Source: Takakia lepidozioides
Taxonomy: Eukaryota; Plantae; Bryophyta
Assembly: GCA_030704615.1 (NCBI GenBank)
Contig: CM060731.1
Coordinates: 51,522,001 to 51,586,000, forward strand
Direction of reading: 5' to 3'
Length of the DNA stretch: 64,000 nucleotides
This document shows, in pieces, positions 54,256-64,000 of this stretch (position 1 is the stretch's first letter; every line of letters begins with the position of its first letter). A program made the position numbers and the translations under genes. Under the pieces are notes generated by a model. It saw only the letters and a program-made list of their open reading frames with translations, was not told the DNA's origin and ran no database searches.

Positions 54256-55749
54256 AGACTTCTGAGAAGGATACAATAAGGCAGGTGTGCCTACATCCTC
54301 TTGCAATAACAACAACACTGCAGCGAAAAAGAAAACCTAATGACACAATAACCAGGGATGGAGACAAATCTGATGGAGGCGACAGAATAATCCCAAACGA
54401 TTACTTCAGAAAAAGAAACGAATATCTTGAATCGAATCGAAGAATCGCAGAAACCAAAATGGAGTCAACACTCTTTAAACAAGAAAAGTGCACGTTAGAA
54501 CGTGAAGACTATGGCGAGAACCACTTTGATACCCTACGGCCACTTCGGAAAGGAACGTCAAAACTATGAGGCTTGATGGTAGGAAGATAAAGATGATGAT
54601 GATGATGATGGTCGTAGATATTTGCCCTGGTCACCAGCTTACTGTCCTATCGCAAAGTCACAATCTCCCTTGGCATAAGGGTGACGCTGCCCTTTGGAAA
54701 CTCCCGTCCTTCCGGTAGTGGCAGCCGAGGATGGTCTGGACAGCAAGAGGGCTGTCGTTTGTTCCTCTGGAGAAAAATAATATGAAAACAGTCAGCTCAG
54801 AAAGAGCAGTTTACTGCCCGTGGCTACACAATCGAGGGGCCTAGGGTATAGCATCCATCCCCTCAGAATCACAATCTTCTAAAACCATATAAAAAGAAAG
54901 GTCAAATTGCCTTCAGCTTCTTTGAGAGAGAGGAGAGAGAGGTCAGACAGTGACATACATATGAGAGGGATCCTGTCCAAACACATCGTGCAGCAGACCA
55001 GCCGCCAACAGGTTAGTCAATCCGTAAGGTCAAAATTAGACTCGTTTCAAGGTCGGGGTTACTGTCTCTATTGCAAGATGCCTGCACACAGCTGCACTTA
55101 CAATTCGACCGCATTGACAGCACAGATTAGCTGTCCCGTGTTTTCCTTCTACTCTTTCCTCTGCTGCAAGCTCAGAACTTTGTCGTTCTCCTACTTAGAT
55201 CATTATTCTGAGCCTGGTTGCCGCTATAACATCGATGTGGAGGCCTTTCATAAGCGCATCTCTAGTTTCTGTTTCCAACAGGAAAAAATTGAGAACTTGC
55301 AGAAGGTAGGCAGCAGCTGGGAAAGCCGCTGAGCTCCCCACGCATTTACCTTCCTTGACTGTCAGTGCTTAGTCGCTGGGGGGACTGATCCGCGGGCCCC
55401 CAGAGCGGCAAGCCTCGCAGAGGATGCCAGCGCGACGGCAGCAGCCGGCGGTATCGGTAATCCGGCAGCCCCAATCGACACCGAGTATACATCATCCACG
55501 TCTTGTCATCCCAAAATGCAGATGACAATTGGAAATATGTCAAAAGCTCATGGGCTAGGTGCGGGAACGTACAAAGTATTTGACATATTTCCCTTTGTGG
55601 GGTTACAGGCCAGAGCCTGGCTGCACCCAGCCCCACAGTTTGTACTAAGTTATTGGCAGGCTTCTGCCTTCTGCCCTGTAAATATGCCCTGTGACACATG
55701 GCAACAGTGTACATGCCACCAATCTTGAAAACAAAACAACTTCTACTGC

Positions 55750-56249
55750 AAGCATCTCCAGGGGGGGTACACCAAACAACATTGCAACGTAAAACTCCTG
55801 CTGCCTCTAACACTCCCCTCCCAATCAAACTACCCTACATATGACGTGCATTGCTGGGAGGGACCATGGACAGCCTCCGCCTTACCCTCAAGCCATAAAT
55901 GCAGCCAGTCATGTATTTTAGTCGCTCCAGCAGGTACCGGCCGGGCCTAGAGGGCCTCTATCCTGCACGAAAGTACAGCCCGGGGGTGCGGAAAAAAAAA
56001 AAAAGGTGGACGCGTTGCCGAAGCAAGCGTAACTTATGGTGTCACTTGGCCCCATAGGGCCACTGCCTTCCGGTGGGAAGGTGGACACCGTAATGTCTTC
56101 CAACAGGGTGGATTGAACCCATTGCCACTAGCGAGAGGGTATGTGCCCTTACCACTTGGCAACATGTTGGTTGTCAGGGGTGCGGATACCAGGGCCGGGG
56201 GCTCTTTTGCCGTTGCAGGGGCATTTAGGGACCCCCGGTGGAGATGCTC
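55750..56249. mobile_element. Tourist-like MITE carrying a nested SINE
   Basis: TIRs (A)AGCATCTCCAGGGGG and CCCCCGGTGGAGATGCTC, followed by TTA on the right. The left TSD is not conserved. Confidence 0.6.
55993..56175 (-). mobile_element. tRNA-derived SINE, copy 3
   Basis: A/B boxes, ~12-nt poly(T) tail, 10-bp TSD ggggtgcgga at 55983-55992 and 56177-56186. Confidence 0.88.
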
Positions 56250-56379
56250 TTAAAGTGTATAAACCCGCTTACTAAGGCTGGTTACACTAACTTAGTAGGG
56301 ATTCCACCAACACTACTCTAGTGACAACTTTAGTGAATATTGTCCAAGAAAATGTAATCGACAAAAAGTGTGTCACAAA

Positions 56380-56880
56380 GGTAGTAGTGGAAAGCTAGCA
56401 CATGGTTGGCAGAAAAAACATGTGGATGTGCTCATGTGAAACATACAAGGCGAACAGATTTTGTACAATGGAGGAGATGTCAAAGTGGACTTGAGAACTG
56501 GTTCACCGGATGTTTTTCCATACCCTGCCCGTCGTTGACTTGTGGTGGTACCGAGGAGTTAAATCTATTTTATTGATAGACACGATTGACATGAAATCTT
56601 CCTTTAGATTGATTGGGACATTGATACTAATCATGTAAGGAATAATTGCCCCATAAACTGTGCGACTTCGCCCCATCATCCATGGGAGCTTCTACCTCAG
56701 TACCGCTCCCAACCTACACGCCCCCCACTCGCTAGACTGTTTGTCGCCCCCATATCTCATCCAAGAGCCGCTCAATCTATATCTGCCCAAACAACGGATC
56801 CACAACAACTTGACACAACCCAATCAGTACAAACACTACTGGAACCCCACTATGAGCTTGAAGAAATACAAGGTTTAGTT
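56380..56880 (+). mobile_element. Possible decayed SWIM zinc-finger transposase fragment (MULE-like)
   Basis: HMVGRKNMWMCSCETYKANRF at ~56396-56462, followed by an FFHTL segment. No intact ORF. Confidence 0.3.
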
Positions 56881-58154
56881 AAAAAAATGTGAGTAGACCA
56901 ATATGGAGCCTCGTGCGCTGATACTATGTACATGTGTAAATGGAAATGTGACCCCGACAAGAAAGCCACTTGGGAACATAATGACACCCTCTTTGATCGC
57001 CCATCAATACAACAATTGCAACACAATATCCAAATGATAGCTGATTACTACCGCAGGGGGAATGCTTCCGCGTGAGCACATGAGCGTGAGCGTGAGAGCG
57101 TAGGCAGGCTCACGCCACGTCAGCAGTTCCTGCCATGTTGGCTGATGGGTCTGACGTCACGTCAGTCGACCTCACCAGCGTGCCCGATGCCACGTCACGT
57201 CATCCCACGTCATTTTCATAGGCATGGTCCTATAACCGCGGACCAAACAGGCAAAATGGGGCCTATAGCCGCGGATTGCGCATTCTGCAGATAGGGAACC
57301 ATGTGTGGGCGACGAGGCGAGGTGCAGAAGAGAGCTGAATGTTGGTGATTGTTGCTGAATGATAGTATTTGCAGAGACTGAAATGGTTGTGGATGAATTA
57401 ATGTCCAGGTCATCAGTCTACAATGGTCATCAGATGATTTAATGTCATGCTAATGTGGTATTCTACGTTGTTGTCATCAGTCTAGAATGGTTGTGGATGA
57501 ATTAATGAGGATGAAGCAGAGACAATGTGGATGGGTCGCTGCGAGTATGGATGAATGAAGATGAAAAGTTGTGGACGAATATGGATGAAATATCGTGAAT
57601 GAATGAGAGAGTGGATGAATGTTGAGCGAGGATGTCATTCTAACATTTATGAAAACCAAGCACAACGATCAATGTCGTTTGCACAAACATCAAAAATTGT
57701 GCCTAAAATCCCTCATGAAGCACATGATAAGATTTAATGAATGTCTGTCATTTGGGGAAAGATAGACAGATGACAGCAACGTAGAATAAGACAACACAGT
57801 AGATGTGAGAGTGATCTTTCATCTGCGACTCTGTCCCACTGCTTAATGCAACATTCTGGTGTGCAGCACGCTCATCTTTAGCTTTCCTCTTCAGTGTCGA
57901 CACATTGTGAGCTATTTCAGCACTATACTTCCTGCAACACACCACCTCACCACGCTAAACATGGTTGGGACTCCAATGCGTCTTGCTGCCCCTTCCAGTG
58001 AGGTAGAAATATGCTCATCTGTCTTACGAGAGCACTGCAACTTTCATGGTTTAATCAGAACCATTACACAACAACATAAAAATTGGCTCTCGTTTTTGCA
58101 TGAGGAGGAGTTCCGGGTCTTTCAACATTGTGTAACAGAAATTGACGAAACAAC

Positions 58155-58647
58155 TGCCTTGTTTTCTTGTTTGACCCATAACCAATGTTAGGCATGAGGA
58201 TGCTGCCCGTGAACTTGCGCTGAAACCGAGAGTCCATACATCATCCACTAGGTGTATTGTCTTCTTGCTTGAACCATAACCAATGTTAGGCATCAGGATC
58301 TGCCCTTGAACTTGCACTGAACCCGAGAGTCCACAGATCATCCCCTAGGTGCCTTGTCTTCTTGTTTGACCCATAACCAATGTTAGGCATCAGGATTATG
58401 CCTTTGAACTTGCGCTGAAACCGAGAGTCCATACATCATCCACTAGGTGCATTGTCTTCTTGTTTGAACCATAACCAATGTTAGGCATCAGGATGCTACC
58501 CTGGAACTTACGCTGAACCTGAGAGTCCACAAATCATCCCCTAGGTGCATTTTCTTCTTGTTTGACCCATAACCAATGTTAGGCATCAGGAGGCTGCCCT
58601 TGAACTTGTGCTGGACCCAAGAGTCAATACATATATCATCCCCTAGG
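58155..58647. repeat. Tandem array of five ~98-bp units
   Basis: ccataaccaatgttaggcat recurs at 58176, 58274, 58371, 58469 and 58567. Confidence 0.95.
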
Positions 58648-58933
58648 CTTGCACCTTAGACCCTTTGCTCATGCAGATTGCCAGAATGATGCAAATGAGA
58701 GACTCAAACAAACAGCTGTTTACTGTACATTATAATCAAAGCTTACAAGCCAAGATATAACTGTTCACTATATGAAGTGCATAGAAGCCACTGTTGTAAA
58801 TGCATACACGGCATGAAAATGAGAAACCATCTTTTAACAGCATTACCACGAACAGGCACAATTTTTATTACAAAATTTTGGAGGGACACAAGAAACTCAC
58901 AACATCACGAGACCCCAAAAAATGACGAAATTT

Positions 58934-61900
58934 TCAGTCACTAGAACTATCCCTTGAAACTTGTGCAGTATCATCGACGTAAACCCGAGCTCCGAGGTGC
59001 CTGTTGTGCTTCCGAGCACATTGGGAAGATAACATGAAACTCTACTGACGAGCAATGGCCTCCGCATAGTCGGGTAGGATGTATGAACATGGAGGGCTGC
59101 ACCACAAGTCACTGTGAAGAACAGAGACGTCGACCAAAGGAATAGCTTCCAATATCCTGCCACCCAAAGTACATGAATTGCATTAGCTACCATGAATGAG
59201 AAAGGGGGGGCCATTTGCGTGGGAGAACTCGGATGCTTATAGAAAATCAACTTACTCACATGCGAAATCGTTGTCCAGGGCTTTGTCGTCCCCTTCGTTG
59301 ATTTCCACATGCACTATACCCTCCTCTTGTTGGGCGGCAGACGTTGGCGCTTCCAAGTTATGGAGGAGGTCACTGAAAATGGCCGCATCCCCTTCCATGC
59401 CAAACAAATGCTTGCCCGCTGCCTTGCAAGCATGGTACGAAGCTCCTGCAAGACAGAGTACTGTTAGGACGATGTAACAAATTTTGCAAGAAGAACAAAA
59501 CACCACAGCAGGATCGGGGTGAAACTTGTGCCAAGAGTGAGGTCCACGATGTGCGCCCCCGGATGGGAACAAGTTTCCACAATTGTTTGAATAAAAGTTG
59601 GGCTCTTCTCCTTGGCCCCTCTCCATGGTGTGGAATTGGACTTTCGCAAGCACACATTGGAATCCACGTAATTGTAGTGCATGTCGTCCACCACTAGATC
59701 GAACTTGTCGTTGATGAAAGAACCTCCCCCATGAAGCCTGAACTCCTTCACTGATGTGGGAGTCGAAGCAAGGTGCACTCTGACGAGGCAGACGGCCTCA
59801 AAAAGGTGGGTTTGCACACAAGACAACATGAAGCACATATGAGTGAATGCCCAAAAAATCATGTGGAAAGAACAGTGCTTGAAACCTCCGAAATTGAGTG
59901 CATTGACGCGCTCATTTTTGGAGGGGTGAAATTGAACTTCAAACAAAGCAGGCAAAAAAAGGTCGATTACCATTTGTCCCGGACAGTCACCCTTTGTCAA
60001 GTACAGGCTATTCACACCATTCCACGTTTTGATGATCTTCATCCCTGAGGCCTTGAGGTAGCTTGCAAGCTCCCGTGGACATTTCGTATTGACGGACTGG
60101 ATCATTACAAGAACCCCTACATCCAATAAAAAAAATTTGCAAAAGAAAGACCCACCGCCAATACCTCTCATCATATGCATTCCATGTTGGGCAAGTGCCA
60201 ATGGGTACAATGTCTGGTACTGGCAGCCCATCTGGAATGTCCACAATCACCATGTCGACACCATACGGTTTCTGAGCACCATTGACCCAACATTGACCCT
60301 TCGAAACCTAAAAACAGACAGAAGGCAAAAATTAAATCACTATCCAAAATGGAAAACATTAACAACAACAAACAATGGGAATTGGCTTACCGACAAAGAA
60401 TGCACACAGCTTGCCCCAAGTTCGAGAGGGTTCTCCAGTGTAACCAGATTTTCTGCTCTCCATCATGGCAAGGGATGAATCATTGACAAACTCGCATTTA
60501 CATTCTCGCTGGATTCTGGATGGGTGCTCCATTGCGTCTTATGGCTCAAACTTCCCCTTGCATTTTCGTTCCTTGTTTGCAATTGGGGTCTACGTTGCCT
60601 CACCCCCGCAGCCTCCCCTTGGGTGGCCTTCTCCGTCCCTTTGTCCTTTGTACCCTTTCCCTTTCCCTTCCATCTCGCAGGAGTACTTTTGTTGGCTGCG
60701 GGTTCCTTCTCAGTGAGGTTCCGTAGATTTCTCTCATGCAATTCCTTGTCAGTTAGAGGGGCTAACAACTCTGCATTGTCATTCTGGTTCCGTGTTTGCA
60801 ACTCATACCAGGGGCAAGCTGATTTGGGAATGTCAAGATATTAGCAGCAGTCCTTCAAGTGATATCTCCCGTAGTCCCTGAGGATGGCTGCCGTGTACAT
60901 AGTCTGGTTGTTAGAGGAGTCAGACCACAAGTCGATGACGACAGGGTACTTATTGAGGTTTTTCCCCGGAATGAGCACGTTCTTGATATACCTACAAAAC
61001 AAAGGAGGTACATTTTTAGACAGTGAAGGCAAAAAAACATGTAGTTTGGCCCTCCCAAAATGCGTGCGTCGATGCACACAGTTTGGGGGTGCACACACAC
61101 ATGAGCATGAGGCAACCGAAATCCACTACCCCATAAGCAACAGAAGTAAAAACAAGACAAAACAGAGGGTTCCATATGTAGAAAGATATCACATTCAGAA
61201 CATCCTCAAAGGCAGCAAGAACAGCCAACGAAGCAATGAAATCCATGATGGAGGGGAAAACACACCTGAGTTTGTGGCCCTCCAAAACTGCGTGCGTTGG
61301 CGCACGCAATTTGCATGGCCACAAACTGCCTGTCTACTGGTTGCCAAAGATAATTTTCAAACAGAAAAATAAATTAACAAACTTGTATAGGACCCTCTTC
61401 ATGGCTCCCTCCGCTCCGTACTGCTTGTCAAAGTCATTTGTGCGGGAGATGCCTCCATCTCGGGAAAACTCTCTGAAGAAGCAGTTGCTCCAAGCGGTCG
61501 CCTTCCACTGTCTCAACTAATCCTCCAGAGTGTCATTGGGCACGGTCATGGTAATTTTGTAATCATGAAGCTGTTTCTATAGCACCTTGTTTTCACGAGC
61601 TTCAATCTGCAGGGATACATATGCATGTGTTAGAGTCCATGCATGGGAAGAAATTTCCAAAATTTCACGCAAAGAAAGTCCTAAAGAGTACCTGGCTCCA
61701 GTAGGTGGCTTTGTGCAACCAGGTATCGAAAACTTGGTCGTTGAAGGGTTTGATGTGCCCAGTGTTCTCATCTCTTTCACCCCTAGGGAAGCAGTATGTA
61801 TCCTTGACAGTTGGGTCGGAATTCCAAATCTCCAACCATTTCACTTTCTGGTCTGTTTCCACCGCTTCCGTTGACAACCGGTGAAGCTTTTCCTGTGTCA

Positions 61901-62697
61901 TCTCCGGTTTGGTGTTATTGTTCCAGTGGATCCTCACCTAGTTAAGGAACTCGGGACCGAAATCAGGGTCAGCTATTCTCAGCTGCTTCACAAAAGCGCT
62001 CATGAGCTTCTTGCGTGTCTCATTCATCGTAAACTTCATGGCTTCCGCCACTCCGTTGGACGATCTCATTCCCTCTGGGTTTTTCAAATAGTACTCTGTT
62101 TTTCCTCTCTCTCCAGCTTCGGCTATTTCTTGCTGCAAAACCTAATCCGGAATGAGATCACTTATTACTGACAATCACAACAGACAATGCAAGGCCAGAG
62201 CGATGGAATACTTACCGTGTACATGTACTCCATGAATGCTTCCCTCGTCAGCTTGTACCAGGTGTCTGACGTTTTGGATGTCAAGCATTTCTTGAAGGAC
62301 TCCGCACTCAGGAAGCTCTTGAATGAATTGAGGGGCATCTAACCGATATTCTAGATCTTGAATAGTGTTTGAAGCAGGTTCGTTGTCACATGGGCGGTTT
62401 CAGTTCCCCCTATTACATACAGTGGTATGTCATCAGTCAGTGCTAAAAGCGAACAGACAGACATGGGAAAAAGTCAGACAATAAAGGGTGAAGAAGACAC
62501 TTACTTGTTAACGTCATGCATTGTCGTCAATAGTGCAGTGATGTTTCCCTTGGGATCCAGCACCATTGAGGCCACAGAGTAGTGTCACTCCTCCTCGGTG
62601 CTATGATATCTCTCGATCATGTTCCTCCAGGCAAGCAATCGGTGGTTGCCATCCCAGACATGAAACATCTTGCCTGAGAAAGGCTGGGTGACGAGCC
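58934..62697 (-). pseudogene. Spliced, decayed gene: ParB/Srx-like domain + helical region + beta-class N6A/N4C DNA methyltransferase-like domain
   Basis: GKMFHVWDGNHRLLAW (62627-62674); VDMVIVDIPDG (motif-IV position, DIPD at 60230-60241); FLLDVGVLVMI; PWRGAKEKSPTFIQTIVETCSHPGAHIVDLTLGT (ending at 59527) spliced to GASYHACKAAGKHLFGMEGD (exon from 59445). About 8 introns, at least 8 premature stops and some frameshifts. Confidence 0.75.
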
Positions 62698-62822
62698 TGT
62701 AGATGCATATATTGGTACATTTTTCTTTTCAGATCGTTTTTTATCATAAAACAAACGGTTTCAGCATTGTTGTCGCACACCTCAATTCGGTAAACTCCCC
62801 TTCAAGTCATAGTTACTCGCTT

Positions 62823-64000
62823 TGATGCGCGCGCCTGACTCCCAACCTGGCCGCCGGGCCAACTTGGAGTTTCGGCTGCTCACCGGGACATAACGGTCCC
62901 CTTCCGCTTCCCTCTAAACCCTCCACCTATTTGGGACTAGGAGAATTCCCTTTGGTAGATGGCAGTCCGGAACAACTCCCCACTCTTTGGTCGCTTTCCG
63001 GCTCGCTCGCTTACTCACTAGTTTTTGGTCACCAACGGGCTTGCACCGTTCTCGGGGTTACTACTCCCTATATATACTTCTGTAGCTGTCCGCGGGGGTT
63101 TCATAACCAGCCATGCCATTTTATGGCGAACCACCACGAAAACCCTCGACTCCCGGGGGTGAGTCGCGGTGAGTCTTGGCCCACTCACCGCGGCCCCAAT
63201 GGACCGTGATGAGTCCCAAGACTCCCCACGACTCCCACCTCGAGGTCTCCACCCCATGGTGAGTCCTATGCCACCCCCACTAAGTCCCACTAAGCTACCA
63301 CCACCCCTTGTGGAGCCACCTCCACCGCAACCCGGTGTGCGGGGCTCCACCTAGTGAGCGCCTCCGCCTCCTTGAGTGCCTTGGGCACTCAAGGGTGCTT
63401 CAGCCCCCCATACCTATCGCTGCCGCTGCCCCCACCACAGGGGCAGCCCCTCATGTGTCCCGACCCCCTGCCCTCAAGGCAAAGGGCCGCGACACACACC
63501 CCTACCAACAGGGAGTCGATGTCCTCATCGACTTGTCCATTTTGTAGAAACGAACATCCAAGTTGTGGCGTCCCACATCAAGGAGTTTGTTTCCGTACCA
63601 TGGCGTCCCATGGCAAAGAACCAAACCCCACACTTGACTCCACTCTCCACTAGCTAGTTCGGCCGACTTCCTCCAAGTCCCGGCCAAGGGTGGAGCCTCT
63701 CCAGCTCCTCCCAGTGCACTCTTCTTGGCCTACTTCAAGGCCAAGGAACGATCCTCCCCGAGGATCGAATCGCCTTACTGCAACAACATTGCTTGCGATC
63801 GCTCATGATGCCGCTTTTGGCATCACCTTGAGCAAGGGTTCACCTGGAACCCTCTTTGACTAGGAAGATAACCTTGAACCAACCGTGCGCCCCAATCACT
63901 ACAATTGGGTCCGCCTTGGAATGCTGGCCTGAGGTACGGGAACACGCCGAAGCCGCACTACGACTTCGTCCCGAGGCTACACGATTATAGTACGTGAACG
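62823..64000. mobile_element. Possible LTR or retroelement terminal region, probably truncating the 5' end of the ParB-MTase gene
   Basis: Abrupt shift to GC-rich sequence beginning TGATGCGCG, TATA-like ctatatata at ~63068, several strong hairpins. No PBS, TSD or gag recognised. Confidence 0.3.

Noticed and set aside
58155-58647. CRISPR-like array
   Set aside because: The whole unit is repeated; there are no unique spacers or cas genes.
45829-62697. ALKBH2 (demethylase) plus the amino-MTase as a writer/eraser module
   Set aside because: ALKBH2 is an ordinary conserved repair gene, separated from the MTase relic by SAD and several transposons. Proximity alone is not evidence.
63169-63657. 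Pro-rich ORFs as gag
   Set aside because: Short, low-complexity ORFs with no gag or zinc-knuckle motif.

Overview
Eukaryotic, intron-containing plant nuclear DNA. Short GT-AG introns and the transposon types suggest a non-seed land plant (inference only). Three intact host genes are present: a ~20 kb UPL1/UPL2-type HECT E3 ubiquitin ligase (-, 17576-37658), ALKBH2 (+, 45829-50532) and a plastid stearoyl-ACP desaturase (-, 51601-54054). A large ARM-repeat gene (-, <300-9127) is disabled by stops and frameshifts. The rest is mostly transposon debris: two L1-type LINEs (one internally inverted), an RTE-like LINE with a 16-bp TSD, three copies of a structured tRNA-derived SINE, a piggyBac-like transposase relic, Harbinger and CACTA-like relics, two Tourist-type MITEs and a 98-bp tandem array. 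The most unusual feature is a spliced, decayed gene at 58934-62700 (-). It joins a ParB/Srx-like motif (WDGNHR) to a prokaryote-type beta-class N6-adenine/N4-cytosine DNA methyltransferase domain (DIPD ... EKSP ... DLTLGT/GAS ... GMEGD) and lies among transposon-like sequence. All calls come from manual reading and translation; no database searches were run.
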